A stretch of 64,000 bases of DNA from Eledone cirrhosa (GCA_964016885.1 OZ024740.1:389050001-389114000); one strand, 5' to 3'; positions 24,791-40,375 are shown, counted from the first letter of the stretch. Program-made: numbers and translations. Notes: generated by a model not told the origin, from the letters alone.

Positions 24791-27268
24791 GGAACAGAAA
24801 TGAATATAGTAAAATAGCCGGACAGCACACTGAGCTGTTCTTCTTTAGGGGAAACTGATTCGTTTGGGGCTCTTTGGACTGGTGTCTGGTCCCAATATCA
24901 TATCATAAGCTTTAAAAATGTAGCTGTGTATCGTGCGTGTGTATTAATTATTACTTTACTCGTGTGAGACATGGGTCCTTTACAAGCATTATGTAAATAT
25001 TCTTGAGCACTTTTATCAGAAACATTTACGACAAATTCTGAATGTCAGGACATTGAGGCAAAGGTACATAAGGACGGTTAATGCTGGACCAGACAGTTTG
25101 AATGAATGATTAGAAGATTTGAAAGCATTTGAAATAAGTGAGATTGACATAGAAGAAAACGTTTTTATCGCCATCAGTTAAACTTCACTTCAGTTTATTA
25201 TGAAAACTTTATATAGTAGTAAATTGATGTTTATAATAGAAAAAACAATTTAATAGAAAAAGAAAAAAATGTCAGATTGAAAAGAAAGAATGGAATGTTA
25301 AAATATTAGTAATTCCCCCAAAAAATATTTGAATTTGGTATCTAAGTAATTAAGTAAAAATGATTATTGTTCTGTGGTATGTGAGGCATGGCGATACCCT
25401 GGATATTAGGCTTTGTACTAAAGTTTCTTTTGAGCGGTTATTATTTTTTTTTTATTATTTGTTCATGTTTTTAAGATTTTGAGACGGAGGTCAGGTCATG
25501 TATAAGTCAAATCATAGATAATATAGTATGACTATATTGTGTTACTTGTGTGGTACAGACACGCACACACACACACACACACATACATATACATACATAC
25601 ATGATGATGGCTGCCCCCTCGTTATCGAGTATGGCCATTGCACGATATACCATTAATAATAATTATTAATTAATTCTATCGTGCAATGCTTGTGCGTGAA
25701 GATATTTTTTAAAGTGAGGAAAGACTGTGCACTGAGCCAATCCCACTTTCTGAGTGACAGTAGCTATAACCCGAAAAGAAGAAAAGATCAACATCATCGG
25801 TAACTACTGAGCCGCAGGTTTTATATCGGAGTTTTCCTAGTTTCCTGAGTTGCCTTCTCCTAGAAGAATGCCCTGACAAAAAGGCTAGGAGTCCTTCACT
25901 CCCAGTGGTTTAACCGCGCGATCAGGTATCCAGCCCGACTATTTCTATGTCCCCACGCATATACATACATATGCACAAATGCATATACATATATACATAT
26001 ACATACATATTCACACATTTTTGGATGGCTGTTGACTCTTATGAGTTCTTCCGTCCTTTGTCAGGTTTTGTTTTTTGTCCTGCAGGGTGTCCAAAATCAC
26101 CCTCCTCACAAAGTAAACTTGGTGGAGTTACCAGTTTAGTCGCCGACGACCCGACCATGCGATAGGTTGTACTGGGTTACATGTTAAAAGTAGTAATCAA
26201 AAGTGACCCGACACACATACATACATACAGTTGGACATATGGTGACGGATATTATTCATCAAATTTAAGGTGAATACTATCTCCAACAATAATGTCACAA
26301 CTACCAGCCTTGTTACATAACTGTATATTATTCTGATGATATTCATTGGAAACGCCTTTTATTCGAGATCGTAGAGATTTCTGTCTGAATATTGAATTCA
26401 CTTTACAATGATTTGCCACAAACAACATGACTGGGCACGACAACATCAACAACACTGAATGGAAGAAAACAACAACGAGAAAGTTAAAAAGAATATTCTT
26501 AGATATAATTACAGAAAGAATCGAAACTATAAATTGCATTTTTCTTGGAGCTACGGACTCAATAACGACATATTTAATTGTTATAAAATGCCAAACAAGA
26601 TCTCTCTGTTGGCTATATAGACAGAATGAAGCTACACGAACTTCGCCCGAAGCTGAATTATTTCAAACCAAGCAATAACGCCAACAAGCAACGTTTGTCG
26701 AGTGTAAAAATAACATAAATGTTATTCAAAACAATAATGAAAGCGAGCACTCTCCTAGATCAGACATTCGATCAACATGTGTCACAAGACTCTGTCATGT
26801 TACTAAATGTTATTGTAGCCAGTCCAACCATCAACAACAAGAACAATAATACACAAACAGTCTCTTGAAACAGTTAACAGTTATGCTGGCAACATTGATA
26901 CCGCGTGTCTCAACAGACTGTACCTCGACTGCTGTATCTCGCAGTCACTTTAACCACCAGTAGGGCCGGATTTATAGGAGGCGAACGCCTTGAGCGGGCC
27001 TCCTCCTCATCAAACAGAACCGCTCAGCAGCGAACAGGACCCGTTCTTCAAGGATGGCTCATACTTCAAACAGAGCTCCTGCTACCTTTTATCAATGATG
27101 GTGCTTGATATTTGTGTGTGGCTATATGCTTGTATGTATGTGCACAATGACCATTCTTTTGACCTCATCACCTGGTTGTAGGCCGATGTATTAGAAGCAA
27201 TTCGACTCTTTTCCTCTGTATTCAGTTTCTGCTCTCTCTCTCTCTCTTCTTCTTCTCTATCTATCTAT

Positions 27269-27430
27269 CTCGCTTATGTATGTATGCTTATTATATATAT
27301 AACTTGTACTGAGTACCTTACTTACTGTGGGTACCCCCGATTGAACCCGAGACTCATATATATATATATATATATATGAGTCTCGAGTTCAATCTGGGCT
27401 AACCACAGTAAGTAAGGTACTCAGTACAAG

Positions 27431-27492
<62 letters not shown>

Positions 27493-27650
27493 AGCATACA
27501 TACATAAGCGAGGGAGGGGGGGGGGATATATGTGAGTCTCGGGTTCAATCGGGGGTAACCACAGTAAGTAAGGTACTGAGTACAAATTTAATATAGAAAT
27601 GGCTTCTACATGACTATAATGTTTCGTTCAAAGGAAATCATGGGCTTTCC
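27269..27650. repeat. Cluster of three family-Y pLTR tails: a (TA)n-centred palindrome (27269-27512) plus a copy with a degenerate HHR
   Basis: gagtaccttacttactgtgg..gaacccgagactca at 27300-27357 (+), 27378-27432 (-) and 27533-27600 (-). 27602-27640 is homologous to the 8454 HHR. Confidence 0.75.
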
Positions 27651-28409
27651 TGAAGAAGAAGAAGAAGAAGAAGAAGAAGAAGAAGAAGATTATTCCAAAA
27701 TCTAACATTAAGTTGAGATGAGAACATAGCTTAACGTCCTCATCGATAGAAAGTGTGTCATTTTCTGAGGAGAAAATAGAATATTAACTAATCTGATTAA
27801 GAATATGTAGTTGTAAAACTAAAATTGTAAGTCACTTTCTAACACAAACAAGCAAAATTTGATAGAAATAAACAATATACAGACGAAACGATTAAACAGG
27901 TGTTATAGTCATTTGAATAATAAACCTGTCAAAACTTGTTCAGTGGATTAGAATTGGTGTCTGTCAATGCGAAAATAGAGCTCACTGAAACACACAATAA
28001 AACCTGATTACTAAAATGTGGAAAAAAATGCAACACCTATGTTTATTTCTTTGTGTACTCTTTTTTAACAGTTGGTAACTCTCCTATTGTGTGAATAAAA
28101 TATTGTTATATGTGCTCCGGTGTCGTTCGATTATCTTTGTTGTTTTGAATATAGCTACAAGAGCCACAATGACATAAAGTAGACATACAAATGCAAAGAA
28201 GCAGTAACGTTTATATGCAACCCATAAGTATGCTAGTACAGTCATTTCTATGTTCATTTTCGTTTTTGTTTTGTTTTTTTTGTTTTTGTTTTTTTATTTA
28301 GAATATGTGTAGGTGTGTATTTGCGTGTGCATGTGTTGTCGACTGTTCATGTGAGAACCTTGTTATTGAATTCAGGTTGTGACTATGAATATGTATGGCT
28401 TTGACTGTA

Positions 28410-28770
28410 CAGGTATGGCTGAATGGTTAAGAAGTATGCTTCACAATCGTGAGGCCCCATGTTCAATCCCACGCAGTGGCATCTTAATCAAGCGATTTTG
28501 TCCGTCTCCAGTTGACTTAAACGTAGTGGGTGAAATTGGATAGATGGAAACAAAATGAAGTCTATCGGGTGAATTGTACTTTTAATTTTAATTCAAAGGT
28601 GCAGACTTATCATATATTGGGTCACACTGATTCGAATTATGTTAGGGTTACACGTGTCTGTGGAATATTCAACTAATTATGCGTTAATTCATGAATTAGA
28701 TATTTAGTTGTTTGAACTGAACGTTCATCGTCTAAATCGATGAAGAATTCATCATGTTGTTGATTGCGTC
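28410..28770 (+). mobile_element. Old tRNA-derived SINE
   Basis: tggctgaatggttaagaag (A box) and gttcaatccc (B box). Confidence 0.55.
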
Positions 28771-29069
28771 TGTGTGTGTGTGTGTATGTGTGTGTGTGTG
28801 TGTGTGCCAGCGCATGTTGCTGACAGAGTGCATGCCTGGTATTGACTGTATAAGTTGACTGCATATTGTTAACTGTATGCAGTTTAATCCCACACACGTT
28901 TGTTTATCGACAAACTTGTGTGGGGGACGACAGTATTCTCGAATCTAAGGCCTAGTCCGAATGCTTGCAACAAAAGAGACTTGACTAAAAGCACCCAATG
29001 GATTTGAACCCAGAACAAATGCTTCAAAACATCTGATTCGACGCTCAAACGACTACACAAGCCCAGCTT

Positions 29070-29218
29070 TCTTGGTTGGTACTTTACTTATCCACTGCGA
29101 AGTGTGAAAGGTAAAGTGAACCGCTGTCGGATTTGAACTGAGAACACAAGGAGACGGAATAAATACCGCAAAGCCTTTTTTTTTTTCAATGTTCTAGCGT
29201 TTCAGTCGTTTCGCCGCC
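29070..29218 (-). mobile_element. Diverged SINE family A relative
   Basis: ggtactttacttatcc..gaaaggtaaagtgaacc..ggatttgaactgagaac..tcgccgcc. Confidence 0.65.
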
Positions 29219-30558
29219 TACATGCAGAACATACTAACATATAAGCTGCAATGCAAATATTCATGGCAGAATTGACTGAACTTGGAAATGTTTAAAGTTG
29301 CATGTTTTTCTCTTTTGTTTTGTTTCATTTTAATTCTTTCTATTTGTTGTAAATCTGATTTGTTTTTTTCATTTCTTCGATGTCTACGTTGCGTTGTATT
29401 GATTTCCTTTATTTATTCATTCTAGCTCTTTTTCTGTCATTTAAATCGTTAGTAGTAGCTTGCCTAAACCAGCAACACTCTATAAATTTTGTTCTTGGCA
29501 CCAGTAATTACAAAATACCACCGATTAGTATTTGTCTTTGTTCTCTTTCCACTGAATTACAATTGTTGTAGATAACGTAGTAAACCAATTAAACAATGTT
29601 TTTTGTCTTGTTGTTTTGTGTTGACAAGTTATTTTTTAGCATAATTCTAGTTCTTTTTTTAATTATTTGTTCCGTTATCTTATTTAGTTAATTTGTTTTG
29701 GCATGACTTTTCTATTTTATTCATTGAATGTCAAGCGCATTTACACTTTTTTCGTATCGTTTTTCTTTCTTATATGCGGTTTTTTTTCTGAAAAACGTTC
29801 CAGCTTTAATGAATTATTGGAAAAGAATTTTAAATGACTATATGCTGAACAAATAATGTTCAGATGGATGAAACTAAATGTGGTAATATACCTAAACGAA
29901 TGTTAGCTCTTCTTTTTTTTAATACTTCCTTCACTATACTGAGGAAGGTGATGAACCTACTAGTGAGAAGTTTAGTTTTACTTCGAAAATATAACTTCCA
30001 GTGCCAAGCAGCATATCTATCAAGTTTTGATTATTTTTAGTTGATCGATATAGAAAAAAATATTCATCAATAAATTAATTGATTGGATTTTTAAAATAAA
30101 ACTCTGAATTAGTGAACGCCACCTTATAGGGAGATAGTAGTTTTGTATGTTTTTCTTTATAACAATTGATCGGGTTATACAGTTAATTGAATTGAAACCT
30201 AACTAATAGTTGCGCTAGTGATAGTGTACCGATTTTAACTACACTTGAACATAGACTATAAACATTTGAAACTAAATTGCGTAAAATATCCAATCCAGCA
30301 TTTCTTTTTCCCTAAATTGAAAACTGCAACGTTGCACCTCTTAAAAGCATAAGAAGCAGCTCTTGCCTTGTCATCTTCAATAAATAATATTCAGATTTTC
30401 TAAATAAATCGGTTTATGATATGAATTGCATATATTTTATGAAGTGAATTGATAAAACCGAGCTGCATACACTGGTTTCTCAAAATGATATATTATGTGT
30501 GGTCATAAGATACACATAAAACACACAAACCATATATTAATTTACATTTTCGAAACAT

Positions 30559-30714
<156 letters not shown>

Positions 30715-30739
30715 ACATATATATATATATGTATATATA

Positions 30740-31470
30740 TCCCATCTGGCCACAGGTCTTATAAATAAAAACACCATTAAAATCTCCTACTCTACCACGC
30801 CTAACATAGCATACCACATAGCTAGTAGCAATAAAAGAAAAATTAATACTTACTTCCAATAAACTAAATCACAGCAGGGGGTAAACCTTCAAAACAACAT
30901 AATACCTGCAAACCCTAATATCAATAGTAATAATAGTAATAGCACTAGTGAAAGCAATAACGCTAGGAGCGACTACCCCCATAACCATAATGCAATACCT
31001 AGCAACCAGGCTTCTACACAACATAATAACCGGCAGGTTAACATCCAAAATAATTGTAACTGTAGATCTAATAGAACCTGCCCTTTAGATAAAAACTGCT
31101 TAATCAAGGACATCATATACTCATGCACCGTCAGAACTAACAACTCTTCTGAAATCTATATAGGCGCTACTTCGAACTGCCTCAAAACCAGATACAATTC
31201 ACACCTCCATTCTTTCAAAAAACACAATCTAACTTCACTAACTACATACACTATCTAAAAACTAGAAATAGATCTTATACGCTTCAGTGGGAAGTGATAG
31301 GTAAGGCGGCATTGTACAAACCACCTAATAAATTCTGTAACCTCTGTCTACTAGAGACCCATACTATAATCTTCTCAAACCATAACCCCCCTAAATAAAA
31401 AATCGGAAGTGTTTGCGTCGTGCCAGTACCGCTTCCGGCACTCCTTCCAAAACTTTAAACCCAATATATA
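30740..31470 (+). mobile_element. Penelope-like GIY-YIG fragment
   Basis: [54 protein letters not shown]. Begins at a (TA)n tract. Confidence 0.88.
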
Positions 31471-32406
31471 ACAATGTCGGACTTGAACCCATCACCACTT
31501 CTAACACCACACCTCAAGAGCACACCTTACACCACAGCTCCACACTCTCTGATCCACCCTATCTCGACACAAATCATTCCATCTATCTATAACTTTATAC
31601 CCTAGAAATATCCCCATAAACACCTACTTTTAATATAACTACTTTCAATTACTTATAATTATATAATGATACAATACAGTCTATATAAACTTTAAATACT
31701 AGATACGGCAATGAATTATTTATGCATTTGTAATTAAATGTATGGAGTGATAACATTGGATATATATAAGATTAATTTATTAACATAAGAGATCTGTCTA
31801 ACTTATATGTAGAGTGCTGCAATGAATTATGTATGAATTATATATGAATTATATATGCAAGTATAACTTGATGAATAGATTAATGACATTGTAAATGAGG
31901 GATGTATTTGTCTGCCCTAGAGATGTATTTTGTTTTGCCATGCAAACAGCCATACGCTGCTCCATAACTTGCCAGGGGTTATGTAGACAAAATTCTAATA
32001 GGTCCCCTGATATGTCCTAAGAGTAGACTGCATTTACAGTGAACTTTGATATCAAAGTATGGCACTTTGTATGGAATACTCAACTGTAGCACTATATAAT
32101 AGGGAGTAATCAACTTAATATAGATACCTTTAGTACATCATGATAGAGTAGACTGTATTTAAAATTGGAAACTAGATATAAATGTATAACCGTCTATATA
32201 AGGGACTCAATTGACGCGCCTTATAATGTATGTTAGAAAAATGAATTTAGTTATGAGATTCGGCTAGTTACCTCCCCTTACGCATTAACTCCCCTTAATT
32301 ACACACATACTTCCGGGTAATAAACCGCTGTAAATTCTCGCAGCAGAATCGACCTATTCTATAAACTTGGATTAAATAACACTGAGCCTCAATATGCTAA
32401 AATAAT

Positions 32407-32560
32407 TTATTTCCGGAATAATTTATTTACGGAATCATCGTTACTTATGTGATGGATGTAGAAACTATACCTTGCCTTTTCTGAATGTGAAAATGATGGT
32501 GGATACGAAAACCATAACTTTCTTTTGCTTCTTCTTTTTATTTTTATTTTTCTGCACACA
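32407..32560 (-). mobile_element. Short decayed Penelope-like linker fragment
   Basis: RRSKRKLWFSYPPSFS...NKLFRK resembles the PLE R..IWFNPPFS...KIFNK motif. Confidence 0.5.
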
Positions 32561-33057
32561 TACTTTTTTGTTCTATACAAAAAATACCTTACCACTACAA
32601 CCACCATAATAATCTTGCTTACCCGCTTAAAGTGCTTGCATTACGTGTAACACCCTGCCGCACAATAATAGTATAAAAATGAGACACACTTACATGCTCC
32701 GCGTGTAACTAACGCATACACTACCTACTAGACCTGACTATCAAACTATCCTCTTGCATTAACTGTGTTATCTGTGTTATCTGCCGAATGTATTTTAATT
32801 TTGATTTTTATTTTGATTTTGATTTTGATTGATTTTGATTTTGAATTTGAATTGCTGTACAAAAATAGTATAGTATAATATATGCCACTCCACTGTACAT
32901 TAATATATATATATATGTATCTGTATGTCTCTTGCGTTGGAAGGGTGGTCAATTATGTGTACAAACATTGAAAAATGCTCCGAAGACTCCAAGTCTAGGT
33001 TTGGATGAAACAATTGTAAGTGAATAATTGCTTTGAACATAGCTTTGATTCTTGTGA

Positions 33058-33124
<67 letters not shown>

Positions 33125-33329
33125 ATGTATATATATATATATGTATGTATATATATCAACACTCATCTTTTTCCATTTCTCCGTGGGTTTTAAACCCCAC
33201 TATCAGGCTAGAAATTTCTTTAGTCTAAAATACGGTGAAAGCTTATAATTTCTAATTTCTAATTTCAAACTCGCGCACCGTTTCAAAAACATACTTACAT
33301 GTTTACATTTATAATTTGCTTGTTTACAC

Positions 33330-33747
<418 letters not shown>

Positions 33748-33748
<1 letters not shown>

Positions 33749-34460
33749 TGGTTGAGAAAATGCTGGAGAAGAGGGAAAACAACCCAAATGTTCTGAATCT
33801 GCTGTGGACCTCTGAGGAAATCCATTTTCACTTAAAGGAGAATAAGCCTACTGAACTGGCCGTGAAACCTCTCCACTCAGCTAGATGTACCGTCTGGGCT
33901 GCCATTTATCAGAGAGGGTTGTCACAAAGGAACACTATGTGGAGGTCCTGGAAGAGTACCCATCTTTAATGAAATAGTTCTAGTTCCAGCAAGACGGAGC
34001 AAGCCCCCACACCTTAAATAAATCGAGAGAATGACTAAAAAATAACTTCGGAAATCGAAATTTGAAGATATTAAGCGGGCTCCACACAGCCTCGATTTAA
34101 GCTCTCCAGATTTCTTTCCTTACGGATATCTGAATGATAGGGTATATATCAACAAACTCAGGACCATCACTGAACTAAAGGAAAACATTAGGGAGGAGAT
34201 CAGATTCATCTCTAGTTCTGTTTGTGAAGATGTTATGCTAAACTTCACCATACGTCTAAAATAATGCATGGATTCAAATGGGTATCACTTGGAACATGTG
34301 CTGTAATTCTAGTCAGAAACATCAACAGGCAGTGAATGTTTGATATGTTATCGTTAATGGTTTGAACTAAGTGTATTGGTAATGTCATCAGCTTTCGTCA
34401 AAAATGAATAATGTAGACAAAAATAAAAATGGGGCCAACCCTTTTTTAGTCACCCTGTAC
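33748..34460 (+). mobile_element. Tc1/mariner transposase 3' fragment with right TIR
   Basis: [52 protein letters not shown]. Ends tttttagtcaccctg-TA. Confidence 0.88.
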
Positions 34461-34917
34461 AGTCCTAAACAAAATCATTCCTTCTGCACATGTGATGTTT
34501 ACTCAAATCCAAACCAATATTATTCATGTCAAAAGCACATCAGTAAACATATTCTCCAAATATTTTTTCTTCGGGACAGTATTCTATAAAAGCTGTCCAT
34601 GTATCCAATATATCTATTAACTCAACAGAACGAAAGAGGGAAACTCACAGAGACACCTGCTGCATGGAAAACAAATAGTAAAGTTGGGATTGACATATAT
34701 CAGCGCAAACATGGCTGTTTGATTAAGAAGTTCACTTCGTAACCATGATGTTCTGAGTTCGGTCTCATTGCAAAAAGATAATGTTACACCATGAGATTAT
34801 TATGTTGTACTTACCCTTCAGGATAGAAAAATGTGATAAATGTGATTATAATAAAACATGAACACACACACACACACACACACAGACACTCGTATGTCTG
34901 CCTGTCTGTATATCTTT

Positions 34918-34991
<74 letters not shown>

Positions 34992-35277
34992 TATATATAT
35001 ATATAATGATAAGAAACGAAAGGAGCTGTGTGGTTACTAAAAACAAGGTTTAGTATGGTGGTTTGGACGGAACAAGAGGAGAAAAGAAGAAAGAATCTTT
35101 CGTCAGCTGTAATCTGCGATCCAGATGTTTCGGCGCTTATTTACAGGACATCTGTAGTGATCCGCGGTGCGCCCGAGGCCTTTTCTTAATCAAAAGGCCA
35201 GGAGGGAAAGAAGAGAAAAAGGAGGTAAAGGAGAAAAAAACAGGTGAACAGATCCCATCATGGGGAGACACAGGACA

Positions 35278-36428
35278 AAAGAACACACATATATATATAT
35301 ATACATACTTATAGGGCGTCCGAGAAAAACTTTGTAAGTCGAGACAATACTGCTTTCAGGCCTCATGGTGGGGGAGGTTTCCTCACAACTGAAGATTTTT
35401 TAGTCGAAATGAACTACAAATCCTAGTTTACTTAATAAAGATAATAGTATAACTTAAAATTATTAAGTTGTATTTTTTCCTTCTGTGTAGAAAAAATGTG
35501 ATTACGATAAAGTAGGCAGTTTTATGATTATAAAAGCATAATAGAAGATAATTTCAGGTTATCTGAATATGAACACCATACACTTCGTAATTGTTTATGT
35601 CATGTGTACCAAAACGATCAGATAACAATACACTTTATATAAAGCAATAATATGGTTAAACAGTTAGTGAAAATGAGTTTTTAAAATCTGTAATGCTTTT
35701 TTGTAACACTCGCAAAATAAATTTGTTTGGTAATATTTGATTTAATACTCACTGTTGCTAACTTAACAATTCGGGTTTAAGATATAATTGTTTCTACTTT
35801 TGGCACAAGGCCAGCAATTACCCAGTACATTACTGGTACTTTATTTTATCGACCCCGTAAGGATGAAAGGCAAAGTTAACCTCGGTGGGATTTGAACTCA
35901 GACCGTAAAGAGACGTATAGACGTTAAAAAGATTTTGATATAATTGAGTTTTCTGTTGATAGCTGGAATTGTCTACAGCAAAGGTTCTCAACCCATTTTG
36001 GCCAAACGCCCCTTTTGCCCCTCGAAATCACGAAACCTCCCCCTACCCTATTTTTCCATTTTTCAATATACTACTGATTATCAGTAGATTACTGGGCCAA
36101 ATCAAGTTATCTTAGATTCTTTAAAAAATACTCGTACAAATTAAATACAAAAAAGTTTCAGTCCAAAACAAACGCAAGCTATTTCAAATTATATATTTTT
36201 GAAATAAAAAAAAAACATTTGATCTCAGTCGAAAAAGCTTTTTTTTTTTAAATTCTATATTTCCCTGTTAGCTGTAAGTAAACTAGGATTTGTAGTTCGT
36301 TTCGACTAAAAAACTTCAGTTGTGAGGAAACCTCCCCCACCATGAGACCCGAAAGCAGTATTTTCTCGACTTGCAAAGTTTTTGTCGGACGCCCTATAAG
36401 TATGTATATATATATGTGTGTGTTCTTT
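35278..36428. mobile_element. MITE/fold-back element with ~150 bp terminal inverted repeats, containing a family A SINE (35786-35916, minus)
   Basis: 35278-35431 (tatagggcgtccga..tcctagtttac) is the reverse complement of about 36277-36428, with several substitutions. Confidence 0.75.
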
Positions 36429-36446
36429 TTTTAGTCACCCTGTACA

Positions 36447-37156
36447 CAGGGTGACTAAAAAAAGTTGGCCCCATTTTTAATTTTGTCTACATTATTCATT
36501 TTTGACGAAAGCTGATGACATTACCAATACACTTAGTTCAAACCATTAACGATAACATATCAAACATTCACTGCCTGTTGATGTTTCTGACTAGAATTAC
36601 AGCACATGTTCCAAGTGATACCCATTTGAATCCATGCATTATTTTAGACGTATGGTGAAGTTTAGCATAACATCTTCACAAACAGAACTAGAGATGAATC
36701 TGATCTCCTCCCTAATGTTTTCCTTTAGTTCAGTGATGGTCCTGAGTTTGTTGATATATACCCTATCATTCAGATATCCGTAAGGAAAGAAATCTGGAGA
36801 GCTTAAATCGAGGCTGTGTGGAGCCCGCTTAATATCTTCAAATTTCGATTTCCGAAGTTATTTTTTAGTCATTCTCTCGATTTATTTAAGGTGTGGGGGC
36901 TTGCTCCGTCTTGCTGGAACTAGAACTATTTCATTAAAGATGGGTACTCTTCCAGGACCTCCACATAGTGTTCCTTTGTGACAACCCTCTCTGATAAATG
37001 GCAGCCCAGACGGTACATCTAGCTGAGTGGAGAGGTTTCACGGCCAGTTCAGTAGGCTTATTCTCCTTTAAGTGAAAATGGATTTCCTCAGAGTTCCACA
37101 CCAGATTCAGAACATTTGGGTTGTTTTCCCTCTTCTCCAGCATTTTCTCAACCATA
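36447..37156 (-). mobile_element. Near-identical inverted copy of the mariner fragment
   Basis: Reverse complement of 33748-34460. The ORF track shows the same 73 aa peptide with two residue differences. Confidence 0.88.
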
Positions 37157-38222
37157 TCCTTTCTCTTGGTCTTATCAGCTACAGTAAGCTTTTTACTCTA
37201 TTTTCTTTAAGGGTTGTTAAAGACATCAGTCTACGAAAGTTCAAAGTGAAAAATCTATTGCATCAATCCCACCCTTCTAAAAGAAGTGTTTTCAAATGTT
37301 ATGGCACTGTCATTCTCCCACCGACTATCAAAAACATAAATTGATTACTACTAATGCTTTACAAGATATATATTTTATTCATCTCGCATTGACCAATGTA
37401 AGAATAATTCAGGTCATATTAGAACTCAAAACGTAGAGGAATACATTCAGATGTGTGGCGTATGACTGATATATATGACATTTCATATCACTGTGAAAGT
37501 AAATCTCCAGACTTTTAGTATTAAACGTAGCATAAACTACTTGTAAATGCTTCTACAGGGATTTCAACAACCTAGGTTACTAGATTAAGGATCGAACCGA
37601 TAGGTTTCCACGGAGATATTAGCAGCTTGAAAGGAAGATCGAATCGACTAGCTGGGAGTTACTTTCACAATGACACTAAATATAACTATATTAAACATGA
37701 TACTGTATAAATATTTATCAAACAAATCATTTATCCGAGCACCAATAATTTCTGCCAAGGAAACACATGAATATGTATGCACATGTATTACTTATTTGTG
37801 TAAGAGATTAACTTATTGTACTAAGGACAGTCAATTGAATGTTTTGGTTTTCATTACTTATTACTAATTATTTTATCAATTCTGAAAAGTAGAAAAGCGA
37901 AATTGATTTGAAGGATAATAATCCAAAAGATTAAATGTCTTAATTGGATAGCTTAAGTTATTTATTCTGTTGACCTCAGGCTTCTCTCATAAAGGGATAT
38001 TCCTATTGATTTACATATTCATTCTTTGTGTATTATGACACGTTTTTCTTCGCTTCTTTTCCTTTCTAGTTGAGAGGAGTAGTTAGTAGCATTCATTTCA
38101 GCATATTAAGTACGCTTATTTTAAAGATACTGGGGATACGAATTTCAAGATAACTAAACAGTAAATTTAGCTGAATGTAAATATTATTTAATAAAGACGT
38201 CTTACACAGTGAGCAGGATCCC

Positions 38223-38310
<88 letters not shown>

Positions 38311-38770
38311 GAGAGAAGTGCGCTAGCAGCCGAAATATATGATAAAATTATATCGGTATAAATACAGATTGTGTAACCGAGACTGTACCAACGTGTATAA
38401 ATATATACACGTATCTATCATATAGGTATGTAAACATAACAGAAAATACGAATTCCCTGTAGATTGAGAAAATGATAAACGCCATTAATCGATTTTCGGA
38501 TATAAATGGATCTTCCTCAGAAGGCGTGTATATCATCACTCAACCATATATTTGATGGGTATATATACCCATTTGATCTTAGTATTATTCTGAAATAGAC
38601 ATACTGATTTACCTATAATTAGTGTTTGTGTTGGTAATTAATAAGATATGTATTGAGTAGTGCGTATATATAGGTATTGAGTAGTGCGTATATATACGTA
38701 TTAGCGGTTGGCGCTGCGAAACTCGAGCACTAGTCAATCAAGGTACATATGACATACATTATATGTGTGT

Positions 38771-38902
38771 AGGCGGCGAATTGGCAGAGTCGTTAGAACG
38801 TCGGCTCTCTCGGCTCTCTGAGTTCAAATCCCGCCGAGGTCAACTTTGCTTTTCCTTCATTCGAGGTCGACCAAAAAGTACCAGTCTAATACTGGGGTAG
38901 AT
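38771..38902 (+). mobile_element. SINE family A, diverged and internally deleted
   Basis: ggcggcgaattggcagagtcgttag..gagttcaaatcccgccgaggtcaac. Confidence 0.8.
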
Positions 38903-39942
38903 TCTTCCTCTATATCACTTTCTCACTGTTATTCTCTCACTCTTTGTTTCTCTGAAAGAAATCTGCTCTATTCAGACCTGAGGAAGAAATGGGCTCGGCC
39001 AGGATTAAAAAATGCCCTAGAAACGCCGTATGTCAATGCAGCGCCCCCACGACTCCCTCGTGGATTACGGGACCATGCGTGTGTTTGTGTATGAGAGAAA
39101 AAAAGATAGTGAGGGAGACTATGGGGGGGGGGCATATATATCCTTGTTAAATGGATATATGGTGTAGAGCCTGTCACTCCCTCCAATTTCATATAAAGAC
39201 AGTTTTCGATGAATTCACCAAAAATGGTGAATTCATAAAATATATTTAGCTTAGCTTACTCAACAATAGAATAATGGAACAAATCCAATATTCTGGTAAT
39301 GTTTCTATGATGGGATATAATAATAAAATTGTGACAACAATAAGAATCGAAGCCGAGCGACATTTCACCAGCTCACATGCTATTTACTGCAATTCAAAAT
39401 ATCCAGTAGTAAAAAAAACTGTACAATATACAGAAACAAAAAGAAAGACAGGAAAATAAAACAAAAGGTAAGAAAATAAAATGAAATTGGAGAAGTGATA
39501 GGCTCTACACCACAGTCTGAGCGGTGTTTCAGCTGCGGTCCACAGATAAAATGGCAAAGGCATTGCCACGGAGAATGGTCAGAGATACCCGATGCAACAG
39601 CCACTTCAACTGATGGAGCTCCCTTCTCAGGCTGGCTTACTGATCAAGTTTTTGGTTGAATATGGCGAGTGGAAAAATCAACTTTCATTAACCGAGATAC
39701 CTTCGCAACTTCAAGACCTAAATCCCCTTCAGATGTGTTCAGACGATAAAATGTAACCCAGGGAGATAACTACTATAACCTTAACAGATCCACGAGTTTT
39801 GGAACAATTTAAGACAATGCAGTAGGGTGACACTTGTTTATATGTTATCTTGGTGAAAACAACAAACATTTTCCGATCATCTTAGATCTCGTATATGACT
39901 TTAAGACTCCTGCCTGTCAGTAAAGTATATATGAATAAATAA

Positions 39943-40009
<67 letters not shown>

Positions 40010-40375
40010 TTTATATATATACATACACATACATATACGTGTTTTGCAACCGGTCACTTTGTGGCTCAATGAAAAATTAATAAATTAAACAATCAGAGCT
40101 ATATATCATAAAACATGTCTATAGAATCACAAGATAAAATATATACTATTTCCTCTCCCAATTAGCATAATTAACTATATAAAAAATCGAATAGACCAGG
40201 CTATAAGAATGAGGCTTCTATGAAGGAATCTCCGACAAATAACCAAAACTAGCACTTCGCGTCGGCCGTAGTGGAATATTTATCGAATATTTCGACAGCA
40301 TAATCACCTAGATACAGTCAACTAAGCAGAATGAGGTTTAAAATAAACTAAGAGAAAATAGAATACATTTAAATA

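Noticed and set aside
25600-26215. GC-richer blocks resembling LINE 5' UTR or SINE fragments
   Set aside because: No diagnostic motif that could be verified by eye.
35100-35180. Minus-strand GAAAC-atctg..cagat hairpin resembling an HHR 3' half
   Set aside because: No CUGANGA upstream.
38975-39035. CTGAGGA..gggc..gccc..GAAACGCCGTA motif
   Set aside because: Spacing is non-canonical and stem I is weak.
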